This document shows, in pieces, positions 1 to 12,852 of a stretch of 64,000 bases of DNA. Positions within the stretch are counted from its first letter, which is position 1; every line of letters begins with the position of its first letter. Made by a program: the position numbers and the translations under genes. Under the pieces are notes generated by a model. That model did not search any database and was not told where the DNA came from. It was given only the letters and a program-made list of their open reading frames with translations. Source of the DNA: Utricularia gibba (taxonomy: Eukaryota > Plantae > Magnoliophyta); contig NEEC01000010.1 in assembly GCA_002189035.1 (NCBI GenBank), forward strand, positions 1 through 64,000, in the 5' to 3' direction.

Positions 1-3000
1 GCAAGCCTTCCGGTGAATCTACGTGACGATATTCATTCCAAGCTCCGTTGGATAGTGCCACCCTCGATAGCCAGCATATCAATGCTATCTTGACAGGCTG
101 CTGACGGGAATCGACAGTCCCGAGCTCACTTTTTGCTACATGGATTTAAAGAAGTTGAGTAGCTTATGTTGTATGCAGAACACGAGAAGTCCCCATCCGT
201 CGCAGAAAAGGGGCGTGGATAGATGTGAGTGTTGCCACTCCCTTCTCTGTGACCTTAAAATCCTATATTTTGTGTGCTTCTTGTGGTTTGTCTTCAGACC
301 GGAATGTCCTTCTTCGAGGTTCACTTCATTGTGGTGCACTCGGGTTGTTCCGCTTGTATTTCCTAACGAGAGGATATACGTTCGTGTCCTCCTTCACTTC
401 ATGGAAAGATGTGGGAGCACGCAGCAGATTATGGAGATTTGAAACAGAACACACATCACGAGGCAACCTAACGACGCAGCAACCAGCCCGACCTCGGTCT
501 ACCTGGAGCACCATCAATGAGCATGGCGTTGGAAGTGGCATACTCTACATGCAAAACGTAACCACCACCTCCTCTGACGTATGCTCGGTTCTCCTTGTAG
601 GTGGAGTGGATGGTGGTCCCGATGACGCGCCTCCTACATGCACCTCGAACCACGCAGGTAATGCAAGCACACGCAACATCATGCGTCTTCACTCCACAGC
701 AGGAGGCTCCATGCATGTTTCTAACAGCATCGATCATTCGCTCCCCTTCATTTCGAGCTTCACGAGATGGCTGGAATACCATCGAAACCCTGCATATCTT
801 TCCTGGAGCACCCGCCCAAGTGCGACAAAGCTCCTATTTTCTTAGGACATCCGCGTCATGGCCATTCTTCGTCTCAACTTGTTTTCCCAGAGTGGGCTCG
901 AAGGCGACGATCCGTTAACATGCAGCAAAGGAAGCCAACGCTCGCCAACAGAAGGTCACGCTTTGCGGAAACCATGCTCTCTAAAAGGCATTGCATAACA
1001 ATCCGAACGAGCTCACCAGCAGGAACTCAGGGAACGTGAGTGGGACATGATGAAAGGGAAGTATGAGGCGAATTCGCATTCCAATGTTATCACTATTTGC
1101 GATCCCAAAATTGAATCCAAAAGTTCGTAGCAGAGAGGCTGCAAAAAAACTACAGAAATCGGTTCTCGAAGGCCGTACCAGCATTCCAACATGAGGGGCA
1201 CATGCAAAGGGATCCTTTGGAGCAACAAACGGTGGTACGCATACGCGACCAGGGTTGCGCCCAAAGTCATCGATCCTGGATCGCGGCGTTGTGAACGTCG
1301 TTTTTCACAATCGTGTAGCTTTGTAGAACCATTCAAGCTGTAGAATGCAAGGTGCGCCTACATGTCCGGTGGTTCGAAGGAGCGTTCATCCGCATGAGGT
1401 TTCTGCGAGTCCAAGGGTTGGAATGCAGTCAATTAGCCATGGGAGTAAGAAAAAAAGACGAACAAGTCGAGAAACCCTCCAAAAAGGCGCGGTGTCTAGA
1501 ACACCTCCTTTGAGAATGGAGGGCGGATGGAACTTGCTCCGCATGCCGCGAATGGAGATATGCATACGAAAAAACACCAACATCGGGTCACCGACGTCGT
1601 TGCCAAGGAACTCTCTACAAGCACCGTGTGACGACCTCCTTTGCAGCTATTGGATCCCCCTGCGGAGTGTCTCCGTACCTCGAAAAAACGAGCTTTCTAC
1701 GGTAGCTCGTTTTCAGGAGCGCATGGCTCTTAAAACTCAGCACGTGGATTCGCAATGATGGCAAGGGAGAGCACGTCCAATGGCGTAGTTACCGCGCCGC
1801 AATCGCATTCGAGGAGAAAAGAAGTTGTTTGGAAAAGAATTGGGCATCAAGGAAGACCGTTCAAATAGGCTCACGAAATTTGGAATTGGAGCAGCTGTAC
1901 GTGTGACTTGCGTTGCTCCACCATTATGTGCGTCGATGGGTGTAGCGTGTTTGCGCAGTTTCACAAGGATACAGGGTGGCGAACAGTAGTTTGCAATAAG
2001 CATGAAGCGGGGGGTACCGCTTGTGCACAAAAAGCTATAAAAGCTGTCCTTTGTGTAATTTCCCATGGGTATGAACCAGGTGCCGGGTTCACACGCAAGC
2101 CTTCCGGTGAATCTACGTGACGATATTCATTCCAAGCTCCGTTGGATAGTGCCACCCTCGATAGCCAGCATATCAATGCTATCTTGACAGGCTGCTGACG
2201 GGAATCGACAGTCCCCGAGCTCACTTTTTGCTACATGGATTTAAAGAAGTTGAGTAGCTTATGTTTGTATGCAGAACACGAGAAGTCCCCATCCGTCGCA
2301 GAAAAGGGGCGTGGATAGATGTGAGTGTTGCCACTCCCTTCTCTGTGACCTTAAAATCCTATATTTTGTGTGCTTCTTGGTTTGTCTTCAGACCGAATGT
2401 CCTTCTTCGAGGTTCACTTCATTGTGGTGCACTCGGGTTGTTCCGCTTGTATTTCCTAACGAGAGGATATACGTTGTGTCCTCCTTCACTTCATGGAAAG
2501 ATGTGGGAGCACGCAGCAGATTATGGAGATTTGAAACAGAACACACATCACGAGGCAACCTAACGACGCAGCAACCAGCCCGACCTCGGTCTACCTGGAG
2601 CACCATCAATGAGCATGGCGTTGGAAGTGGCATACTCTACATGCAAAACGTAACCACCACCTCCTCTGACGTATGCTCGGTTCTCCTTGTAGGTGGAGTG
2701 GATGGTGGTCCCGATGACGCGCCTCCTACATGCACTCGAACCACGCAGGTAATGCAAGCACACGCAACATCATGCGTCTTCACTCCACAGCAGGAGGCTC
2801 CATGCATGTTTTCTAACAGCATCGATCATTCGCTCCCCTTCATTTCGAGCTTCACGAGATGGCTGGAATACCATCGAAACCCTGCATATCTTTCCTGGAG
2901 CACCCGCCCAAGTGCGACAAAGCTCCTATTTTCTTAGGACATCCGCGTCATGGCCATTCTTCGTCTCAACTTGTTTTCCCAGAGTGGGCTCGAAGGCGAC

Positions 3001-6000
3001 GATCCGTTAACATGCAGCAAAGGAAGCCAACGCTCGCCAACAGAAGGTCACGCTTTGCGGAAACCATGCTCTCTAAAAGGCATTGCATAACAATCCGAAC
3101 GAGCTCACCAGCAGGAACTCAGGGAACGTGAGTTGGGACATGATGAAAGGGAAGTATGAGGCGAATTCGCATTCCAATGTTATCACTATTTGCGATCCCA
3201 AAATTGAATCCAAAAGTTCGTAGCAGAGAGGCTGCAAAAAACTACAGAAATCGGTTCTCGAAGGCCGTACCAGCATTCCAACATGAGGGGCACACGCAAA
3301 GGGATCCTTGGAGCAACAAACGGTGGTACGCATACGCGACCAGGGTTGCGCCCAAAGTCATCGATCCTGGATCGCGGCGTTGTGAACGTCGTTTTCACAA
3401 TCGTGTAGCTTTGTAGAACCATTCAAGCTGTAGAATGCAAGGTGCGCCTACATGTCCGTGGTTCGAAGGAGCGTTCATCCGCATGAGGTTTCTGCGAGTC
3501 CAAGGGTTGGAATGCAGTCAATTAGCCATGGGAGTAAGAAAAAAAGACGAACAAGTCGAGAAACCCTCCAAAAAGGCGCGGTGTCTAGAACACCTCCTTT
3601 GAGAATGGAGGGCGGATGGAACTTGCTCCGCATGCCGCGAATGGAGATATGCATACGAAAAAACACCAACATCGGGTCACCGACGTCGTTGCCAAGGAAC
3701 TCTCTACAAGCACCGTGTGACGACCTCCTTTGCAGCTATTGGATCCCCCTGCGGAGTGTCTCCGTACCTCGAAAAAACGAGCTTTCTACGGTAGCTCGTT
3801 TTCAGGAGCGCATGGCTCTTAAAACTCAGCACATGGATTCGCAATGATGGCAAGGGAGAGCACGTCCAATGGCGTAGTTACCGCGCCGCAATCGCATTCG
3901 AGGAGAAAAGAAGTTGTTTGGAAAAGAATTGGGCATCAAGGAAGACCGTTCAAATAGGCTCACGAAATTTGGAATTGGAGCAGCTGTACGTGTGACTTGC
4001 GTTGCTCCACCATTATGTGCGTCGATGGGGGTGTAGCGTGTTTGCGCAGTTTCACAAGGATACAGGGTGGCGAACAGTAGTTTGCAATAAGCATGAAGCG
4101 GGGGGTACCGCTTGTGCACAAAAAGCTATAAAAGCTGTCCTTGTGTAATTTCCCATGGGTATGAACCAGGTGCCGGGTTCACACGCAAGCCTTCCGGTGA
4201 ATCTACGTGACGATATTCATTCCAAGCTCCGTTGGATAGTGCCACCCTCGATAGCCAGCATATCAATGCTATCTTGACAGGCTGCTGACGGGAATCGACA
4301 GTCCCCGAGCTCACTTTTTGCTACATGGATTTAAAGAAGTTGAGTAGCTTATGTTTGTATGCAGAACACGAGAAGTCCCATCCGTCGCAGAAAAGGGGCG
4401 TGGATAGATGTGAGTGTTGCCACTCCCTTCTCTGTGACCTTAAAATCCTATATTTTTGTGCTTCTTGCGGTTTGTCTTCAGACCGGAATGTCCTTCTTCG
4501 AGGTTCACTTCATTGTGGTGCACTCGGGTTGTTCCGCTTGTATTTCCTAACGAGAGGATATACGTTTCGTGTCCTCCTTCACTTCATGGAAAGATGTGGG
4601 AGCACGCAGCAGATTATGGAGATTTGAAACAGAACACACATCACGAGGCAACCTAACGACGCAGCAACCAGCCCGACCTCGGTCTACCTGGAGCACCATC
4701 AATGAGCATGGCGTTGGAAGTGGCATACTCTACATGCAAAACGTAACCACCACCTCCTCTGACGTATGCTCGGTTCTCCTTGTAGGTGGAGTGGATGGTG
4801 GTCCGATGACGCGCCTCCTACATGCACCTCGAACCACGCAGGTAATGCAAGCACACGCAACATCATGCGTCTTCACTCCACAGCAGGAGGCTCCATGCAT
4901 GTTTCTAACAGCATCGATCATTCGCTCCCCTTCATTTCGAGCTTCACGAGATGGCTGGAATACCATCGAAACCCTGCATATCTTTCCTGGAGCACCCGCC
5001 CAAGTGCGACAAAGCTCCTATTTTCTTAGGACATCCGCGTCATGGCCATTCTTCGTCTCAACTTGTTTTCCCAGAGTGGGCTCGAAGGCGACGATCCGTT
5101 AACATGCAGCAAAGGAAGCCAACGCTCGCCAACAGAAGGTCACGCTTTGCGGAAACCATGCTCTCTAAAAGGCATTGCATAACAATCCGAACGAGCTCAC
5201 CAGCAGGAACTCAGGGAACGTGAGTTGGGACATGATGAAAGGGAAGTATGAGGCGAATTCGCATTCCAATGTTATCACTATTTGCGATCCCAAAATTGAA
5301 TCCAAAAGTTCGTAGCAGAGAGGCTGCAAAAAACTACAGAAATCGGTTCTCGAAGGCCGTACCAGCATTCCAACATGAGGGGCACATGCAAAGGGATCCT
5401 TGGAGCAACAAACGGTGGTACGCATACGCGACCAGGGTTGCGCCCAAAGTCATCGATCCTGGATCGCGGCGTTGTGAACGTCGTTTTCACAATCGTGTAG
5501 CTTTGTAGAACCATTCAAGCTGTAGAATGCAAGGTGCGCCTACATGTCCGGTGGTTCGAAGGAGCGTTCATCCGCATGAGGTTTCTGCGAGTCCAAGGGT
5601 TGGAATGCAGTCAATTAGCCATGGGAGTAAGAAAAAAAGACGAACAAGTCGAGAAACCCTCCAAAAAGGCGCGGTGTCTAGAACACCTCCTTTGAGAATG
5701 GAGGCGGATGGAACTTGCTCCGCATGCCGCGAATGGAGATATGCATACGAAAAAACACCAACATCGGGTCACCGACGTCGTTGCCAAGGAACTCTCTACA
5801 AACCGTGTGACGACCTCCTTTGCAGCTATTGGATCCCCCTGCGGAGTGTCTCCGTACCTCGAAAAAAACGAGCTTTCTACGGTAGCTCGTTTTCAGGAGC
5901 GCATGGCTCTTAAAACTCAGCACGTGGATTCGCAATGATGGCAAGGGAGAGCACGTCCAATGGCGTAGTTACCGCGCCGCAATCGCATTCGAGGAGAAAA

Positions 6001-9000
6001 GAAGTTGTTTGGAAAAGAATTGGGCATCAAGGAAGACTGTTCAAATAGGCTCACGAAATTTGGAATTGGAGCAGTACGTGTGACTTGTGTTGCTCCACCA
6101 TTATGTGCGTCGATGGGTGTAGCGTGTTTGCGCAGTTTCACAAGGATACAGGGTGGCGAACAGTAGTTTGCAATAAGCATGAAGCGGGGGGTACCGCTTG
6201 TGCACAAAAAGCTATAAAAGCTGTCCTTGTGTAATTTCCCATGGGTATGAACCAGGTGCCGGGTTCACACGCAAGCCTTCCGGTGAATCTACGTGACGAT
6301 ATTCATTCCAAGCTCCGTTGGATAGTGCCACCCTCGATAGCCAGCATATCAATGCTATCTTGACAGGCTGCTGACGGGAATCGACAGTCCCCGAGCTCAC
6401 TTTTTGCTACATGGATTTAAAGAAGTTGAGTAGCTTATTTGTATGCAGAACACGAGAAGTCTCCATCCGTCGCAGAAAAGGGGCGTGGATAGATGTGAGT
6501 GTTGCCACTCCCTTCTCTGTGACCTTAAAATCCTATATTTGTGTGCTTCTTGCGGTTTGTCTTCAGACCGGAATGTCCTTCTTCGAGGTTCACTTCATTG
6601 TGGTGCACTCGGGTTGTTCCGCTTGTATTTCCTAACGAGAGGATATACGTTCGTGTCCTCCTTCACTTCATGGAAAGATGTGGAGCACGCAGCAGATTAT
6701 GGAGATTTGAAACAGAACACACATCACGAGGCAACCTAACGACGCAGCAACCAGCCCGACCTCGGTCTACCTGGAGCACCATCAATGAGCATGGCGTTGG
6801 AAGTGGCATACTCTACATGCAAAACGTAACCACCACCTCCTCTGACGTATGCTCGGTTCTCCTTGTAGGTGGAGTGGATGGTGGTCCTGATGACGCGCCT
6901 CCTACATGCACCTCGAACCACGCAGGTAATGCAAGCACACGCAACATCATGCGTCTTCACTCCACAGCAGGAGGCTCCATGCATGTTTCTAACAGCATCG
7001 ATCATTCGCTCCCCTTCATTTCGAGCTTCACGAGATGGCTGGAATACCATCGAAACCCTGCATATCTTTCCTGGAGCACCCGCCCAAGTGCGACAAAGCT
7101 CCTATTTTCTTAGGACATCCGCGTCATGGCCATTCTTCGTCTCAACTTGTTTTCCCAGAGTGGGCTCGAAGGCGACGATCCGTTAACATGCAGCAAAGGA
7201 AGCCAACACTCGCCAACAGAAGGTCACGCTTTGCGGAAACCATGCTCTCTAAAAGGCATTGCATAACAATCCGAACGAGCTCACCAGCAGGAACTCAGGG
7301 AACGTGAGTTGGGACATGATGAAAGGGAAGTATGAGGCGAATTCGCATTCCAATGTTATCACTATTTGCGATCCCAAAATTGAATCCAAAAGTTCGTAGC
7401 AGAGAGGCTGCAAAAAAACTACAGAAATCGGTTCTCGAAGGCCGTACCAGCATTCCAACATGAGGGGCACACGCAAAGGGATCCTTGGAGCAACAAACGG
7501 TGGTACGCATACGCGACCAGGGTTGCGCCCAAAGTCATCGATCCTGGATCGCGGCGTTGTGAACGTCGTTTTCACAATCGTGTAGCTGTGTAGAACCATT
7601 CAAGCTGTAGAATGCAAGGTGCGCCTACATGTCCGGTGGTTCGAAGGAGCGTTCATCCGCATGAGGTTTCTGCGAGTCCAAGGGTTGGAATGCAGTCAAT
7701 TAGCCATGGGAGTAAGAAAAAAAGACGAACAAGTCGAGAAACCCTCCAAAAAGGCGCGGTGTCTAGAACACCTCCTTTGAGAATGGAGGGCGGATGGAAC
7801 TTGCTCCGCATGCCGCGAATGGAGATATGCATACGAAAAAACACCAACATCGGGTCACCGACGTCGTTGCCAAGGAACTCTCTACAAGCACCGTGTGACG
7901 ACCTCCTTTGCAGCTATTGGATCCCCCTGCGGAGTGTCTCCGTACCTCGAAAAAAACGAGCTTTCTACGGTAGCTCGTTTTCAGGAGCGCATGGCTCTTA
8001 AAACTCAGCACGTGGATTCGCAATGATGGCAAGGGAGAGCACGTCCAATGGCGTAGTTACCGCGCCGCAATCGCATTCGAGGAGAAAAGAAGTTGTTTGG
8101 AAAAGAATTGGGCATCAAGGAAGACTGTTCAAATAGGCTCACGAAATTTGGAATTGGAGCAGCTGTACGTGTGACTTGTGTTGCTCCACCATTATGTGCG
8201 TCGATGGGTGTAGCGTGTTTGCGCAGTTTCACAAGGATACAGGGGCGAACAGTAGTTTGCAATAAGCATGAAGCGGGGGTACCGCTTGTGCACAAAAAGC
8301 TATAAAAGCTGTCCTTGTGTAATTTCCCATGGGTATGAACCAGGTGCCGGGTTCACACGCAAGCCTTCCGGTGAATCTACGTGACGATATTCATTCCAAG
8401 CTCCGTTGGATAGTGCCACCCTCGATAGCCAGCATATCAATGCTATCTTGACAGGCTGCTGACGGGAATCGACAGTCCCCGAGCTCACTTTTTGCTACAT
8501 GGATTTAAAGAAGTTGAGTAGCTTATGTTTGTATGCAGAACACGAGAAGTCTCCATCCGTCGCAGAAAAGGGGCGTGGATAGATGTGAGTGTTGCCACTC
8601 CCTTCTCTGTGACCTTAAAATCCTATATTTGTGTGCTTCTTGCGGTTTGTCTTCAGACCGGAATGTCCTTCTTCGAGGTTCACTTCATTGTGGTGCACTC
8701 GGGTTGTTCCGCTTGTATTTCCTAACGAGAGGATATACGTTCGTGTCCTCCTTCACTTCATGGAAAGATGTGGGAGCACGCAGCAGATTATGAGATTTGA
8801 AACAGAACACACATCACGAGGCAACCTAACGACGCAGCAACCAGCCCGACCTCGGTCTACCTGGAGCACCATCAATGAGCATGGCGTTGGAAGTGGCATA
8901 CTCTACATGCAAAACGTAACCACCACCTCCTCTGACGTATGCTCGGTTCTCCTTGTAGGTGGAGTGGATGGTGGTCCCGATGACGCGCCTCCTACATGCA

Positions 9001-10241
9001 CCTCGAACCACGCAGGTAATGCAAGCACACGCAACATCATGCGTCTTCACTCCACAGCAGGAGGCTCCATGCATGTTTCTAACAGCATCGATCATTCGCT
9101 CCCCTTCATTTCGAGCTTCACGAGATGGCTGGAATACCATCGAAACCCTGCATATCTTTCCTGGAGCACCCGCCCAAGTGCGACAAAGCTCCTATTTTCT
9201 TAGGACATCCGCGTCATGGCCATTCTTCGTCTCAACTTGTTTTCCCAGAGTGGGCTCGAAGGCGACGATCCGTTAACATGCAGCAAAGGAAGCCAACACT
9301 CGCCAACAGAAGGTCACGCTTTGCGGAAACCATGCTCTCTAAAAGGCATTGCATAACAATCCGAACGAGCTCACCAGCAGGAACTCAGGGAACGTGAGTT
9401 GGACATGATGAAAGGGAAGTATGAGGCGAATTCGCATTCCAATGTTATCACTATTTGCGATCCCAAAATTGAATCCAAAAGTTCGTAGCAGAGAGGCTGC
9501 AAAAAACTACAGAAATCGGTTCTCGAAGGCCGTACCAGCATTCCAACATGAGGGGCACACGCAAAGGGATCCTTGGAGCAACAAACGGTGGTACGCATAC
9601 GCGACCAGGGTTGCGCCCAAAGTCATCGATCCTGGATCGCGGCGTTGTGAACGTCGTTTTCACAATCGTGTAGCTGTGTAGAACCATTCAAGCTGTAGAA
9701 TGCAAGGTGCGCCTACATGTCCGGTGGTTCGAAGGAGCGTTCATCCGCATGAGGTTTCTGCGAGTCCAAGGGTTGGAATGCAGTCAATTAGCCATGGGAG
9801 TAAGAAAAAAAGACGAACAAGTCGAGAAACCCTCCAAAAAGGCGCGGTGTCTAGAACACCTCCTTTGAGAATGGAGGGCGGATGGAACTTGCTCCGCATG
9901 CCGCGAATGGAGATATGCATACGAAAAAACACCAACATCGGGTCACCGACGTCGTTGCCAAGGAACTCTCTACAAGCACCGTGTGACGACCTCCTTTGCA
10001 GCTATTGGATCCCCCTGCGGAGTGTCTCCGTACCTCGAAAAAACGAGCTTTCTACGGTAGCTCGTTTTCAGGAGCGCATGGCTCTTAAAACTCAGCACGT
10101 GGATTCGCAATGATGGCAAGGGAGAGCACGTCCAATGGCGTAGTTACCGCGCCGCAATCGCATTCGAGGAGAAAAGAAGTTGTTTGGAAAAGAATTGGGC
10201 ATCAAGGAAGACCGTTCAAATAGGCTCACGAAATTTGGAAT
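1..10241. repeat. Tandem array (megasatellite), ~2.09-kb monomer, 4.9 copies visible, continues beyond window start
   Basis: GCAAGCCTTCCGGTGAATCTACG recurs at 1, 2095, 4185, 6271 and 8359 (periods 2094, 2090, 2086, 2088). Copies differ only by scattered SNPs and 1-2 nt indels. The fifth copy stops at 10241. The short ORFs recur in every copy but none resembles a protein I recognise. Confidence 0.97.
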
Positions 10242-10747
10242 GACACAATTATATGAGATGTAATTGGTAAAGTGGATAAATTAAATTGAGAGTTATTTTG
10301 AGATTAATTTTGATTAAACTTAAAATAAAAGATCATATATAGATAAGATTTGGAACATATACATATCTCCACAAATAAGATCTTTACGGAGATATGATTT
10401 GATATGTTACCATATATCTATCAAAAAGATTTAGATCTTGACATATGCTCCATGGGTCTGCGTGCTCTCTGAGACGAATCCACAAGGAGGTGTTTTTCTC
10501 CACTAGTACCTGAGGAATTCAACCAGCATTCAAGAGCCTTGAGAAGGTTATCGACGAAGTGCTCCACGTGTGGATGCCATAGAGGCCATCTCCTATTGGC
10601 GGTTGGTGAACAACGGAGTCATCTGAAAGGTATTTCAGCATCCCTTAGTCTGATGTATACCGTATTCCAAGATCTGCGTTGGGGGTTTCTCAAAATTTTA
10701 AAATTCCGCTGCTTTTGAGAGATACGATGTCTACGAGAAACCCAACA
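10238..10747 (+). mobile_element. 5'-truncated 5' LTR of a Ty1/copia (Angela-like) retrotransposon
   Basis: Ends ...GAAACCCAACA at 10747, immediately before a PBS. Matches the reverse complement of the LTR copies starting at 33085 and 42732, and the forward copy at ~61090-61602. Confidence 0.9.
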
Positions 10748-10748
10748 G

Positions 10749-10760
10749 TGGTATCAGAGC
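10749..10760 (+). promoter_or_regulatory. Primer binding site (tRNA-iMet type)
   Basis: TGGTATCAGAGC one base after the LTR-terminal CA. Confidence 0.92.
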
Positions 10761-11848
10761 GAGGTTGCGGAATACGTGTATACGTTAGAATCTTTGTTGA
10801 TTTTGCGAGATGTTCTCGTATGTCGCCTTGTCGGTGAAAAGTTAAAATCTTTGCTGATTTGCGAGATGTTCTCGTATGTTGCCTTGCCTGCGATTATTGT
10901 GATAGCATGTGATTGCGAGATGTTCTCGTATGTAGCCTTGCTGACGATCATCATAATAGCATGTGATGCACGAAATCTGATTATTTTGGATTGTTTTGCT
11001 GCCTTAGGATGCACAAAATTTGATTCATGATTGATGCTTTCGAGAATCATATCTTACGTGTATATGCGCAGCATGATGATGCTTTATATGTGTGTAGTCG
11101 TGGGGCATGATGGCCTTTGCACGAATTTTGATCATGTTGATCATATTGGTGAATTATCGATGCATATGATGTTTGATAATTTATTTGTGACCAAGGCATC
11201 TAGGGTCAATTAGGATTTTCGAGCTTTATGTGTGAAAATCCAGGGATATGATGCGTTATGAACGAAAGGGCAAGGGTTGTCAAGATGCCTATTTGATAGG
11301 ATATTGATATCCATAATGCAAGAGTTGCATATGGAAAAATCCCCTTCTAAATAATTAAGCTTATTCCTTCCACTAACATAAGGAGAACGAGAGTCATTTT
11401 TAGTGTATAGAGTTGTTGGCTACCGTCAAGCTCTCCACTACACATGACATGTTCGAATTATGGAATTAGATTCACGGTGGGTTGGCTTAACTGATTTTAT
11501 CAACTTGTTGACTAAAGCCAAGGTTGGTAAAATTGGAGGAAAGGTTGAGGTAAATAGTTTTTACATTAAGAGTTGATGACTCAATGATGCAGTGGTTGTA
11601 TGAGAGATACAATTGGCATGAGATGACTACCTGTTTCATTCATTAAAACTTGTTGGCTACAGTCAAGGTGGAGATGAATGAAATGGGACACTATCCCACT
11701 AAGAAAATCTGATTTTCTCATTTTGTCAGTAAGGGGCTGCCATCTCGAAAAACATAGTGGGAGTATATCACATCTAATAAAGACCAATTAAATGTGATTT
11801 AAGGAACACTACATGATGTGTTTGCTTTCTCTTCTTCAGGTTGAAGAT

Positions 11849-12852
11849 ATGTCTTCCAGCGTGAATTTGAGATCCATTCTAGAGTCCAACAAGTTGGTTG
11901 GCTCGAATTTTACTGATTGGCACCGCAATCTGAGAATTGTTCTCAAGGCGGAGAAGATTGCTTACATCCTTGAGCAAGATGTTCCTGCACAACCCAGGGC
12001 TAATGCAGCTGAAGATGTTCGGCGTGCATATCAGAAGTATCTAGATGATGCTGAGCTTGTCTCCTGTATCATGCTTGCTTCGATGGCACTTGATCTCCAA
12101 AAACAGCATGAGGCGATGACTTGCCAACAAATGATAACACACCTCAAGGATCTGATTGGTGAGCACACACGACTTGAAAGGTTCAAGACATCAAAGCTGT
12201 TGTTCAATTGTCGCTTGGTAGAAGGATGTTCTGCTGCTGATCATGCGACATTGATATTGAGTTGCATTTAGAAGTTGTCCACTCTTGGTTTTGTGTTGGA
12301 TAAGGACTTGAGTATTGACTTAATCCTTACCCCACTACTTGATAGCTACTCACAGTTTGTGATGAACTATCAGATGAACAAGATGGATCAAACTGTTCCT
12401 CAATTGATTCAGTTACTCAAGTCTGTTGAGACAACTATCACAAAGGAACAAAAGAATGTCATGCTTGTCTCTTCAAGGAAAAAGGTTTCCAAGAAGAAGA
12501 GTCAAGACAAGAAACTCAAAGCTAAAAGTAAGATCAAGAAGAAGAAGCCTGTTGAAAAACCGGCTAAGGGTGAATGCTTTCATTGTGGGAAATCTGGTCA
12601 TTGGAAGAGAAACTGCAAAGCCTATCTAGAGTCAATCAAGGGCAAGAAGCAGAATGAGAATTCAGCTTCAGGTATACACATGATTGAGATTAATACTACT
12701 ATCAAGAATGGTTCTTGGGTGTTAGATTTTGGTTGTGGTGCTCACATTTGCACTAACATGCAGGACCTAATGAGTAGTAGAAACTTGAAGAAAGGCGATG
12801 TTGACCTAAGAGTTGGGAATGGTGCAGGAGTTGCTGCCATGGCAGTTGGGAC
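11849..12852 (+). pseudogene. Copia gag + protease (degenerate)
   Basis: MSSSVNLRSILESNKLVGSNFTDWHRNLRIVLKAEK is an Angela-type gag start. Also present: zinc knuckle CFHCGKSGHWKRNC and protease-like WVLDFGCGAHIC. In-frame TAG at 12269-12271. The frame ends at an inversion breakpoint at 12852. Confidence 0.9.

Noticed and set aside
825-1050. Short rRNA-like words in the monomer (CATGGCCATTCTT resembling 18S; AGGGAACGTGAG resembling 25S)
   Set aside because: The matches are only 12-17 nt, the flanks do not align, and the two are ~170 nt apart rather than several kb. No 5S, 5.8S or tRNA structure was found.
136-10113. Many recurring 60-220 aa ORFs in the tandem array
   Set aside because: They overlap on both strands, shift frame from copy to copy and contain no motif I recognise. 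This is expected in GC-balanced non-coding repeats.
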